Source: Gemmatimonadales bacterium
GTDB lineage: Bacteria; Gemmatimonadota; Gemmatimonadetes; Gemmatimonadales; GWC2-71-9
Direction of reading: 5' to 3'
Assembly: GCA_965248285.1 (NCBI GenBank)
Contig: CBDFJJ010000013.1
Location: forward strand, 1,800,384 to 1,864,383
DNA: 64,000 nucleotides
Shown here: piece by piece, positions 26,733 to 35,802 of the stretch
Layout of the letters: every line of letters begins with the position of its first letter
Numbering within the stretch: the stretch's first letter is position 1
Position numbers and translations under genes: made by a program
Notes under the pieces: generated by a model
Told to the model about the DNA's origin: nothing
Databases searched by the model: none
The model's input: the letters and a program-made list of their open reading frames with translations, nothing else

Positions 26733-28820
26733 TCAGTTCCCTCCCTGCGTCGTCGTGGTCACCGCGCGCCCGTCGTCGTGGGTACCCCAGCGCTCGAACC
26801 ATTTCCGCAAAAACATCTGCGTGCGAAGGAAATTGGAGGGCTTGCGAGACGTGCCGTGCCACTCCCCTTCGAAACGGATCATGGCCGTCGGTTTGTTTTG
26901 CGCCTTGAGCGCCTGGTAGAACTGCTCGGTCTGCGAGATCGGCGTGCGCAAATCGAGTACGCCGGTCATCAACATCGTGGGCGTTGTGACGTTACCGACA
27001 TACATGAGGGACGAACGGCGGAGGTGTTCGCTGGGATCCTCCCACGGAAACTTTTCGAAGTCTGCATACCAGCGCAGGTAGTTGCCGTCCACCTGCCCGG
27101 GGAAACTCAACCAGTTAGTGACCGGACAATTCGCCGATGCTGCGCGGAACCGATCCGTGTGGCCGACCACCCACGATGTGAGCACGCCCCCACCGGAGCA
27201 GCCGTACACGAACATGTTGTCGTCATCCACATACCCGCGGGAGACGACCTGGTCCACGCCGGCCATCAAGTCGTGGAAGTCGTCGCCGGGGTAGTTGTAC
27301 TGGATGGCGTTGCCGAACTCGCTCCCGTAGCCAGAGCTGCCGCGCGGATTGGTATAGAGCACCACGTAGCCGTGTGCCGCGTGGTCCTGCCAACCGAAGT
27401 TGAACCCGCCGTGGTACATCCCGTGGGGTCCGCCGTGAATGACGAGCATGAGCGGATATTTCCGCGACGGATCGAAGTCAGGCGGCTTGATAATCCATCC
27501 GTGGATGTCCAGTCCGTCGAACGATTCGTACCAGAGCTCTTCGACGTCCCCCAACGTCTTCCCGGCGAGGATGTCGGCGTTGACGCGCGTGAGGCGCGTG
27601 AGCCGGTCGGGGCGGTCGAGCGCGAACGCGACCACGTCTCCCGGCTCGTGCGCGTCCTGCTGCATGCCGACTGCGACACCTCCGCTCACGTCATTGATCG
27701 CGAGTAGTTGCTTGCCGCTCGTGACTTGTCTGGTCTCGCCGGACAGCGTGGCGTGGAACACGTTCTCGTATCCGTCAGCCCGGATGTTGAAGTAGACACC
27801 ACGGCTGTCGGGGCTCCAGAAGACCGCGCCGGGAGTCCGGTCCATCTGCGCCGTCAGTGCACGCGGATTCGATCCGTCCGCGTCCATGACGTATAGTGTG
27901 GATTCGATGTAATCCATGCCGGTTGTGTCGTAGCCGATGTAGGCGATGTAGCGCCCGTTCGGCGACGGGACAGGCCGACGATCGGGGCCGCGGCGTGTGG
28001 TGATCTGCTCGACGGCGCGCGTCGAGAGATCGACCCGGTAAATCTCGGATTCCTGCCAGTGATAGCCGGCGTCCTCTCTCCTCAAGCCACTGAACAGCAC
28101 GCTCCCTCCATCGCGGTCCCAGGCCGGGGCCCCGTGGTCGAAATCCCCGCTAGTGAGCTGGCGGGGCGTGCCGCCGTCCGCAACTATCACGAAGATGTGT
28201 TGGAAACCTTCGTCGAGATACCCGACCCGGTCCTGCCGGTAGACGAGGCTCTCGACGATGTTTGGGCTCTTGGTCCAAGTTGCACCCTCCGGCCGTGGGA
28301 GATCGATACGCCAGTGGCGGGACGACGGGTTTTCGGCCGGTACCCGCATGGTGAACGCGAGCTGCGAGCCGTCGGGTGACCACGCTAGGTTGGAGGGTGT
28401 TTGCTGGAGGCGCGTCACCGGCGATGCGGCTCCTTCGTCGTCCATCCAACGCACGAAGATCTGGGCGGGGCCGTTCTCGACGGGAGCGAGAAACGCTATG
28501 CGCGATCCGTCTGGAGACCAGCGGGGCGACGAGCCGTCGATCAGGTGGCGGTTTTTGGAGCCATCAACACCAACCATCCAGATGGCGGATTCCCACGCGT
28601 CGTTCATCTTGTCGATCCAACCTCGCGTGTACACCACACGCGCGCCGTCCGGAGAGACGCGGGGGTCGCTCACCCGCTCCCAGTCGAGCCAGTGCTCTAC
28701 CGAGAGGTGGGCTTGTGGATCGGGGGATTGGGCGTGGACGGGGCGGGGGCGCACGCTGGCAACGGTCTGAAGCGCGGCCATGACAACGTAGATCACGAGG
28801 ACGAGGGGCCGATAACGCAT
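26733..28820 (-). CDS. S9-family serine peptidase (prolyl oligopeptidase / acylaminoacyl-peptidase type), secreted
   Basis: N-terminal propeller with SPDG repeats. Catalytic elbow GCSGGG with downstream D and H regions. Start taken at MRYRPLVLVIYVVMAAL. Confidence 0.85.
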   Translation of the reverse strand: MRYRPLVLVIYVVMAALQTVASVRPRPVHAQSPDPQAHLSVEHWLDWERVSDPRVSPDGARVVYTRGWIDKMNDAWESAIWMVGVDGSKNRHLIDGSSPRWSPDGSRIAFLAPVENGPAQIFVRWMDDEGAASPVTRLQQTPSNLAWSPDGSQLAFTMRVPAENPSSRHWRIDLPRPEGATWTKSPNIVESLVYRQDRVGYLDEGFQHIFVIVADGGTPRQLTSGDFDHGAPAWDRDGGSVLFSGLRREDAGYHWQESEIYRVDLSTRAVEQITTRRGPDRRPVPSPNGRYIAYIGYDTTGMDYIESTLYVMDADGSNPRALTAQMDRTPGAVFWSPDSRGVYFNIRADGYENVFHATLSGETRQVTSGKQLLAINDVSGGVAVGMQQDAHEPGDVVAFALDRPDRLTRLTRVNADILAGKTLGDVEELWYESFDGLDIHGWIIKPPDFDPSRKYPLMLVIHGGPHGMYHGGFNFGWQDHAAHGYVVLYTNPRGSSGYGSEFGNAIQYNYPGDDFHDLMAGVDQVVSRGYVDDDNMFVYGCSGGGVLTSWVVGHTDRFRAASANCPVTNWLSFPGQVDGNYLRWYADFEKFPWEDPSEHLRRSSLMYVGNVTTPTMLMTGVLDLRTPISQTEQFYQALKAQNKPTAMIRFEGEWHGTSRKPSNFLRTQMFLRKWFERWGTHDDGRAVTTTTQGGN

Positions 28821-28925
28821 GAGTGCCTCCGGTTGGTCGTCATTTGCTGGTTGGCGTAGATGATAATGATAGACCGCGGGGTCGGACGACTGCAAATCGG
28901 CGTGAGAAGGGAGAAGGCCCTAGAC

Positions 28926-28961
28926 GAATATCCAATATCCAATATTGAATATTGAATATTC
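28926..28961. repeat. AT-rich heptamer hairpin, right (inverted) copy
   Basis: gaatatccaatatccaatattgaatattgaatattc. Confidence 0.8.
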
Positions 28962-29036
28962 AAGATTGGAGGGCCCTCTTGACGCCCTAAGTCGGTGGTG
29001 AATCTTCACGGAGTGGGCCACCAAACGGGGCGGCCT

Positions 29037-29125
29037 GGAATACTCTACGACGGTGAGACACTGGACGAGATTTGGCCGGAATCGAAGCCGTTCGGCGACT
29101 TTTACTGGCGCCAGGACGACGCGCG
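29037..29125 (+). pseudogene. 3'-terminal remnant of a TolB/amidohydrolase paralogue
   Basis: Translates ILYDGETLDEIWPESKPFGDFYW, matching the C-termini of 23344-26592 (ELFEGETLDQIWPERRKFGEFYW) and 30155-33481. No upstream body is present. Confidence 0.6.
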
Positions 29126-29227
29126 GCCGGTAAACGCCCCCGACGGACGGGTGGGGTGTAACCGAAGTTCGTGCACGCTCCGCGCGGCTACATTGAGGGG
29201 CCGGAGCTGAAATGGAGTCCTGAGGCA

Positions 29228-30019
29228 ATGAAAATCTCTTATCTCATCCCGGGGCCGATGGGACGCGGCAGCGAAGGCATGGCCGAGCTGGCACGACGCC
29301 GCGACTTTCTCGAACGACATGCGGCGCCGGGGACCGAAGTCAGCGTATACGACGTCTCCGAGGGCCCGGCCTCCATCGAGAGCATGACCGAGGAATATCT
29401 CTCAATCCCCGCTGCGCTGCGGCGGGCGGTGGAGTTGGAAGAAGAAGGATGGGACGCCGTGATCCTCGGCTGTTATGGCGACCCGGGGCTCGATGCGTTC
29501 CGCGAGTTGATCGCCATTCCCATTGTAGGTCCGTGCGAAAACACTGCGCTAGTGGCGGCGTCGTTGGGACATAGGTTCTCAATCATCACCGTTACCGAAA
29601 GCATCGTGGCGCCGATCGAAAAGCTCGTGCGAAGCGCCGGAGTAAGCGAGAAGCTGGCGAGCGTACGCGCCATAGACATTCCGGTGATGGATCTGCACGG
29701 GGACCGTGCGCGTGCCATCGAGGCCACCGTTCGTGAAGGTAGGCTCGCTATTTCAGAAAATCGGGCCGATACGCTCATCGTCGGCTGTATGACGATGGGC
29801 TTTATGGGGATCGCTGAGGCCGCGTCGGCGGAACTCGGCGTGCCCGTCGTGAATCCGGTCACAATGGCTCTCAAATACGCGGAGGCCTTGACCGGCGCGG
29901 GGCTCACCCACTCGCGGCGTGCCTACCACCTGCCGCCGAAGTTGGCGTCAGGCGAGGTTGCTTCTGCACGAGATCTTTTGCGGGCCGAGGTGTGGATCGA
30001 AGTGAGAGGTGAGAGGTGA
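29228..30019 (+). CDS. Asp/Glu/hydantoin racemase-family protein
   Basis: ILGCYGDPGL and LIVGCMTMG, the two catalytic-Cys blocks of hydantoin/Asp-Glu racemases. Start taken at MKISYLIPGP. Confidence 0.8.
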   Translation: MKISYLIPGPMGRGSEGMAELARRRDFLERHAAPGTEVSVYDVSEGPASIESMTEEYLSIPAALRRAVELEEEGWDAVILGCYGDPGLDAFRELIAIPIVGPCENTALVAASLGHRFSIITVTESIVAPIEKLVRSAGVSEKLASVRAIDIPVMDLHGDRARAIEATVREGRLAISENRADTLIVGCMTMGFMGIAEAASAELGVPVVNPVTMALKYAEALTGAGLTHSRRAYHLPPKLASGEVASARDLLRAEVWIEVRGER

Positions 30020-30102
30020 GAGGTGAGACGTGAGACGGCCCCACCCCACCCCATAAGGGTGGAGAGGGGTGGCCCTCTCACGTCTCACCTCTCACCTCTC
30101 AC
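30002..30102. repeat. Nested hairpin: gtgagag/gtgagac heptamer arms plus a ccccacccc/ggggtgg core
   Basis: gtgagaggtgagaggtgagaggtgagacgtgagacggccccaccccaccccataagggtggagaggggtggccctctcacgtctcacctctcacctctcac. Confidence 0.85.
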
Positions 30103-30154
30103 TGTACGATATCCTACACCGGTTTGAAGGCGACCCGCAGAATGGAGGGTTCCA

Positions 30155-33100
30155 ATGCCCAGTCGAGCTAAAGTCTTTGTCGTCTGCCTCGGAGTCGCCG
30201 CGATCGGCTCCGCCGCCACGGGCGATCTTTTGCAAGCCCAGGCCGGACAAGCGGCCTGGGACGTCACGAAGCCCCGGGGCGAGACGGTGGAGATTGATTT
30301 TACCACCCAGGAAGGCACATGGATGTCGGTGGATATCTCGCCCGACGGCCGCTGGATTGTCTTCGATCTCCTGGCACACATCTATCGCGTTCCCGCCGAA
30401 GGGGGCGAGGCCGAAGTACTGACACAGAACAGTGGCGTCGCTATCAACGTGCACCCGCGGTACTCGCCGGACGGCCAACACATCGCATTCGTCTCGGATC
30501 GGGGCGGTCAGAACAACCTGTGGGTGATGGAGGCCGACGGCTCCAACCCCAGGGCGGTGTTCGAGGACCCGGACGTGCGCATCTTCGAGCCGACGTGGAC
30601 CCCCGATGGCCAGTATATCCTCGCTCGTCGCCGTGCCTTCACTGGACAGCGCGAGACTGGGATCTGGATGTACCACAGGGACGGCGGCGAGGGAGTGCAA
30701 CTAATAGGCCCGGATGTGGCTGGCGCCTCCTGGCCCTCCGCATCCGCCGATGGGAGGTATGTGTACTTCCACATGAGTACACCGGGCCAGGAAGTCTACC
30801 ATATCGCCCGTAACCCGCTCCAAGGAGCGTACAACATTCGGCGCATGGAGCTCGCATCGGGAAAGATCACGGCCGTGACCAGCGGAGAGCCCTCTCGCCA
30901 GTATCGGCTGTCCAGTGGCGGCGCCTACGGCGGAGAGGTTTCGCCGGACGGCCGCTGGCTCGCGTTTGGCCGACGCATCCCCGATGGCACGATCACGTAC
31001 AAGGGACACGAATTTGGCCCGCGTACGGCACTGTGGCTTCGTGATCTGGAGACCGGGGCCGAGCGCGTCGTCATGGATCCTATTGAGATGGACATGACCG
31101 AGGGCGGGAAAAACCTCCGCGTGCTGCCGGGCTACAATTGGGCACCCGACGGACGGTCTCTCGTCTTGTCCCAGGGTGGCAGGCTGCGGCGCGTGGATGT
31201 TGCGAGCGGGCGCGTAACTAGAATCCCATTCACTGCCCGCGTGCACAGGGTCATTTCCGAGCAGGCATATGCTCCCTTCCGAATCTCCGATGAACCGTTC
31301 GAGGTGAAGTTCACTCGTTGGCAGACCGCCGCTTCCGACGGACGCAGCTTGGCGTTCCAGGCAGTGGGAAAGATCTGGATCATGAACCTGCCGGACGGCA
31401 AACCCCGGCGCCTCACGAACGACTCCTTCGAACCCTTCGAGTATGCGCCGGCCTGGTCACCGGATGGCCAGTGGCTCGCCTTCACCAGCGTGGATGAGAT
31501 CGGCGGCGGTCACCTTTGGAAAGTCCCAGCCACAGGTGGCACACCGGAGCAATTGACGAGCGAGTACGGCGAGTACATGCACACCATCTGGAGTCCCGAC
31601 GGCCGCGAGATCATGGTGGTCAAGGGAGCGGGAGCCACGGCCCGCACCCGGACGATGGCCCACAACCCCTGGTATGACATCGTGGTGTTTCCTGCGGCGG
31701 GTGGGCCAGGCGACGTCGTCACGAGAGTGTCCGTCCCCACGCTCCCTACCCGCACGCAGTTCGTTCGCCCGTCTTACGGCCCGGACGGCAGGATCTTTTA
31801 CCCGCAGCTGGGTGAGGCCCGGGGCGATTCCACCACATTGATCTCGGTGCGACGGGACGGGAGCGACCTCCGAGAACACCTCGTCTTTCTCCATGCCGAC
31901 GAGGTGGTTCCCTCTCCCGACGGGAAGTGGGTCGCCTTCAACGAGGGAGACAACGTCTACCTGGCGCCGCTCCCGCTGTGGGGAACAGGAGCCGAAGCGG
32001 TTTACGTGAACAGGAAGCAGGGGAAGGTCCCGGTCAAGCAGCTCTCCCGGGAAGGAGGAATCTTCCCGGGTTGGCGGGACTCGAATACGGCGGAGTTCGG
32101 GAGCGGGGCCCGGTATTTCGCGCATGACGTCGAGAGCGGGAAAACGGATACGGTTCATATCGACCTGCGGTTGCCGCGGGACCTGGCCCAGGGGACCATC
32201 GCCCTGACCGGCGCCCGCATCCTTACTATGGAGCACCGCGAGGTACTGGAGAGCGGGTCGATTGTCGCCCGGAACGGCCGCATCACCTGTGTGGGGAATT
32301 GTGATACGTCGGGTGCCGATCGGGTGGTGGAGCTAAGGGGCAAGACCATCACCCCCGGCTTCATCGATATGCACAACCATCACTATCGGGAATATCGGGG
32401 CATCATTCCCCAGAAGGCATTCGAAGCGTCGGTACCGTTGGCGTTCGGCGTGACCACCAGTATGGACAACTCGATGTGGTCGCAGGACGTGTTCCCCGGA
32501 GCCGAGTTGATCGAAGCGGGGATGCTGATCGGGCCCCGGACGTTCAGCACGGGTGATCCCCTATACGGCGGAGACGCTCCCCGCCAGAACGACCTCACCA
32601 GCTACCAGGTCGCCGAAGAGAATGTGAACCGCCTGGCTTCTTGGGGTGCGGTGTCCATTAAGCAGTACTTGCAGCGGCGCCGGGATCAGCGCCAATGGGT
32701 CGCCGAGGCGTCTCGCAAGCGTGGACTCATGGTAACCGCGCAGGGAAACGATCTGGCCTTCAACCTCAGCATGATCATGGACGGGCAGACGGGGTGGGAG
32801 CACGAGATGCACTACCTGCCGATCTACAGCGATGTGGCGAAGTTCTTCGGAAAGGCGAAGGCGGTGTACGGCCAGACCTTCGTGACCGGACCGGGGCCGT
32901 GGAATGATGAGTACTGGTTTCAGGAAAGTGATGTGTGGAAGAACGAGAAGCTGCGGCGTTGGTTCCCGTGGCAACAGCTCGTGCCCCACACGCGTCGGCG
33001 CATGCTCAGACCAAAGACCGATTATAGCTTCGCCGTCGCCGCCCAAGGGCTTGCCGACATCATCGCGGAAGGCGGGCACGGATCGATCGGCGGCCACGGG

Positions 33101-33481
33101 CAGCAGCACGGACTCTCCAGCCACTGGGAGATCTGGATGGCGGCTTCGGCCCTGGGGGCCATGGGTGCATTAGAGCTCGCCACGACTGCGGGCGCGTATT
33201 TCCTGGGCACCGAGCCGGACATAGGCTCCGTCTCGGTGGGGAAGCTTGCGGATCTCGTGGTCCTGAACTCCAACCCGCTGGAGAACATCCGCAACACGAC
33301 CGACATCCTCTACGTCATGAAGAGTGGACGGCTGTACGACGGGGACACACTCGACGAGATCTGGCCCCGCCAGAAGCCGTACGGCGACCGGCCATGGGTT
33401 AATGCAGACGCGCTGAGAGCCGGGCCTCGGCCCATAGACTACTGGGATCGCGAGGAAAAGGCGTCAGGGAATGGCCGATAG
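30155..33481 (+). CDS. TolB-like beta-propeller / amidohydrolase fusion protein, secreted (paralogue)
   Basis: Colinear with 23344-26592. Has PGFIDMHNHH and GKLADLVVLNSNPLENI. Confidence 0.85.
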   Translation: MPSRAKVFVVCLGVAAIGSAATGDLLQAQAGQAAWDVTKPRGETVEIDFTTQEGTWMSVDISPDGRWIVFDLLAHIYRVPAEGGEAEVLTQNSGVAINVHPRYSPDGQHIAFVSDRGGQNNLWVMEADGSNPRAVFEDPDVRIFEPTWTPDGQYILARRRAFTGQRETGIWMYHRDGGEGVQLIGPDVAGASWPSASADGRYVYFHMSTPGQEVYHIARNPLQGAYNIRRMELASGKITAVTSGEPSRQYRLSSGGAYGGEVSPDGRWLAFGRRIPDGTITYKGHEFGPRTALWLRDLETGAERVVMDPIEMDMTEGGKNLRVLPGYNWAPDGRSLVLSQGGRLRRVDVASGRVTRIPFTARVHRVISEQAYAPFRISDEPFEVKFTRWQTAASDGRSLAFQAVGKIWIMNLPDGKPRRLTNDSFEPFEYAPAWSPDGQWLAFTSVDEIGGGHLWKVPATGGTPEQLTSEYGEYMHTIWSPDGREIMVVKGAGATARTRTMAHNPWYDIVVFPAAGGPGDVVTRVSVPTLPTRTQFVRPSYGPDGRIFYPQLGEARGDSTTLISVRRDGSDLREHLVFLHADEVVPSPDGKWVAFNEGDNVYLAPLPLWGTGAEAVYVNRKQGKVPVKQLSREGGIFPGWRDSNTAEFGSGARYFAHDVESGKTDTVHIDLRLPRDLAQGTIALTGARILTMEHREVLESGSIVARNGRITCVGNCDTSGADRVVELRGKTITPGFIDMHNHHYREYRGIIPQKAFEASVPLAFGVTTSMDNSMWSQDVFPGAELIEAGMLIGPRTFSTGDPLYGGDAPRQNDLTSYQVAEENVNRLASWGAVSIKQYLQRRRDQRQWVAEASRKRGLMVTAQGNDLAFNLSMIMDGQTGWEHEMHYLPIYSDVAKFFGKAKAVYGQTFVTGPGPWNDEYWFQESDVWKNEKLRRWFPWQQLVPHTRRRMLRPKTDYSFAVAAQGLADIIAEGGHGSIGGHGQQHGLSSHWEIWMAASALGAMGALELATTAGAYFLGTEPDIGSVSVGKLADLVVLNSNPLENIRNTTDILYVMKSGRLYDGDTLDEIWPRQKPYGDRPWVNADALRAGPRPIDYWDREEKASGNGR

Positions 33482-33510
33482 AACGACTGTCAATACATGT
33501 ACTTACGAAA

Positions 33511-33595
33511 TACGCCCGGCGGGATTCGATGAACCCACGACCTTTCGCTCCGGAGGACTGTAGTTGCGTCGATGAGCGTCCGTGGGCGTCAATAA
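33511..33595 (-). repeat. Degenerate copy of the tRNA-Arg(CCG) 3' half plus the shared arm sequence (att-like)
   Basis: tacgcccggcgggattcgatgaacccacgacctttcgctccggagg, then actgtagttgcgtcgatgagcgtccgtgggcgtcaataa. Confidence 0.7.
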
Positions 33596-33689
33596 ACCGG
33601 GGCCAGGTTCACAACTCAACGCTTCCTTGTCTGCACGTCGTTCGGCTTGGAGAGGCATTGTTATTCAAGAATGTTGCCTGGAGATCGAC

Positions 33690-34145
33690 TCATCGTCTGT
33701 CATGAGCAGCCTGCGACTCGAGGTACCGCTTGAGTTTTCGTAGCTCGATCTCTGAGTGTTTTTTGTGCGATTGCCATCTGAGCGGCTCCAGGAACCTTAA
33801 CACTCCATTGAGGGACCACTCGTTTGCGAGTACAAGCCGAGTACATTCACCGCTCGCTTCGAGCGCATAGGAACCTCGACCCGAAGCGATCTTCCCTATA
33901 GTGAAAGTCCATGCCATACGTGACGGAAGATTAAACTCAACGATCTTGTACTTCCAAACTGCGCCCATGCCCCTTCCTTTCAGCATTAAATGGTAGACTG
34001 AGCCAAGGCGTGGCCCCCCTTCGGGCGCCTTGATCACCTCCGGCGCGACATACCACCAAACCGGATCGTTCCGCATCTCGCTGACAAAGCTGAAGATCTC
34101 GTCGACAGGTCGATCGATGGTTATCTCAACTTTCCAGTGCATCAT
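33690..34145 (-). CDS. SRPBCC-superfamily (polyketide cyclase/dehydrase-like) protein
   Basis: MMHWKVEITIDRPVDEIFSFVSEMRNDPVWW is a typical SRPBCC N-terminus. It is AT-richer than its surroundings. The track ORF extension to 34295 reads through the repeat arm. Confidence 0.7.
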   Translation of the reverse strand: MMHWKVEITIDRPVDEIFSFVSEMRNDPVWWYVAPEVIKAPEGGPRLGSVYHLMLKGRGMGAVWKYKIVEFNLPSRMAWTFTIGKIASGRGSYALEASGECTRLVLANEWSLNGVLRFLEPLRWQSHKKHSEIELRKLKRYLESQAAHDRR

Positions 34146-34449
34146 GCTGATTCTCTCCCACCCACGAAAGTGCCGTATTGGGAATTCCCCCGATTCAGTT
34201 CTTGCGTCATTTGCGTCGGTGGGCGTTGTGACAATGTTTGTGACAATTCTGACGTGAACGTTCAATGACGTTGCCGGGCTCGCGCTCCATCCCACCAGGC
34301 CACATCTTTCTCTTTATAATCGGGGAGACTTGACTCGACTTTCTGCCGGTGGCCCCCGGCCCCGCTGCCTGACCGACGCCCCCTAGGACGCCCGCCCGAC
34401 GACGAGATGCCGGCGCCGGACTGTCGGGCCTGCTTCAACGAAAAGAGGA

Positions 34450-34640
34450 TAGGTCTATCCTGCATCGTGCGTCTAACCCCGCTGCAGCGGACGCGTCCGC
34501 TGGCGCGTCCGGCGACGGCCTCGGTACGCTGGAGTGGGCAAACTCGCCGACATCGTGTTGCTCGATGCTAATCCTCAAATAGAGGACATCAAGAACACGC
34601 AGGCGAGTGCTGTCATCTCCCGTGACACTCGGCCGTCGAA
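34450..34640 (+). pseudogene. 3'-terminal remnant of an amidohydrolase
   Basis: Translates ...NPAAADASAGASGDGLGTLEWGKLADIVLLDANPQIEDIKNTQ, the C-terminal amidohydrolase block only. Confidence 0.55.
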
Positions 34641-34668
34641 CGAATACAATCCCTCGAGGAGGATAACA

Positions 34669-35328
34669 ATGACGTTGCGAATCAACGACACAGCCCCGGA
34701 TTTCTCCGCCGAAACGTCGGAGGGGACCATCAACTTCCACGAGTGGATCGGCGACGGATGGGCGATGCTGTTTTCGCATCCGAAGGATTTCACGCCGGTC
34801 TGTACCACCGAGCTAGGCGCCGTAGCCGGTCTCAAGAACGAGTTCGACCAACGCAATTGTAAGATCGTGGGCATCAGCGTCGATGGCGTAAGCGACCATA
34901 AGGCCTGGTCAAAGGACATCGAGGCGTCACAGGGAAACGCCCTCAACTACCCGCTGATAGGGGATCCCGAGTTGAAGGTGGTCAAGCTCTATGACATGTT
35001 GCCTGCAGATGCGGGCGACACGTCCGAGGGAAGAACGCCGGCTGACAACGCCACCGCCAGGTCGGTATTCCTGATCGGCCCCGACAAGAAGATCAAGGCG
35101 ACGCTGACGTATCCGATGAGCACCGGCCGCAGCTTCGCTGAGATCCTACGGTTACTGGACTCCTGCCAGTTAACGGCGAAGGAAAAGGTAGCGACACCGG
35201 CGAACTGGAAGCAGGGCGAGGACGTGATCATCCTTCCGGCGGTGTCAAACGAGGACGCCAAGGCGAAATACCCTGACGGCTGGAAGCAACCGTTGCCCTA
35301 CATCCGGATCGTACCACAGCCGAAGTAG
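34669..35328 (+). CDS. 1-Cys peroxiredoxin (Prx6-type)
   Basis: MTLRINDTAPDFSAET...FSHPKDFTPVCTTELG. A GAGGAGGA RBS lies 6-8 nt upstream of the ATG. Confidence 0.9.
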   Translation: MTLRINDTAPDFSAETSEGTINFHEWIGDGWAMLFSHPKDFTPVCTTELGAVAGLKNEFDQRNCKIVGISVDGVSDHKAWSKDIEASQGNALNYPLIGDPELKVVKLYDMLPADAGDTSEGRTPADNATARSVFLIGPDKKIKATLTYPMSTGRSFAEILRLLDSCQLTAKEKVATPANWKQGEDVIILPAVSNEDAKAKYPDGWKQPLPYIRIVPQPK

Positions 35329-35443
35329 GCGGTTAGTCGTCCGCACGCACGCCGAAGAGGAGAAGCTGCGGGTGCGAAGGCGAGACCTTGCCGCCAAGGT
35401 CAGCGACGTCTGGGTTCTACTTCGTTACACGTAGTTACAAAAA

Positions 35444-35486
35444 TACGCCAGGCGGGATTCGACGCCAAGGCCTTTGGCTCCGGAGG
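35444..35486 (-). repeat. Degenerate copy of the tRNA-Arg(CCG) 3' half (att-like)
   Basis: tacgccaggcgggattcgacgccaaggcctttggctccggagg, then actgtaa. A ttgtgacaattctggtgacaa motif follows at 35579-35606. Confidence 0.7.
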
Positions 35487-35802
35487 ACTGTAACGGGCGT
35501 TCATACGCGATCATGAGCGCTCAAATCGCCCGAGTTCTCTGGTTTGATGATCACTGACGCCCATGGGCGATCATCCGTATTGTGACAATTCTGGTGACAA
35601 GTGCGCATTGATTCGCTGGTCTCTCTGTCACGCTAATTCCGTGGGGGATGATGTCCCAACGCTAGTTGAAACTTGAGGGAGGTAAGAAAAAGCTGGCGGC
35701 TTTCAGGGAGCCCGATCGAGGTTAAAATCGAGTCGTCGATCAACCCCTTCTACTCGGCATACAGTTCCTGCGGGCGTGTACACGGCAAGCCTGTTTTCGC
35801 GC

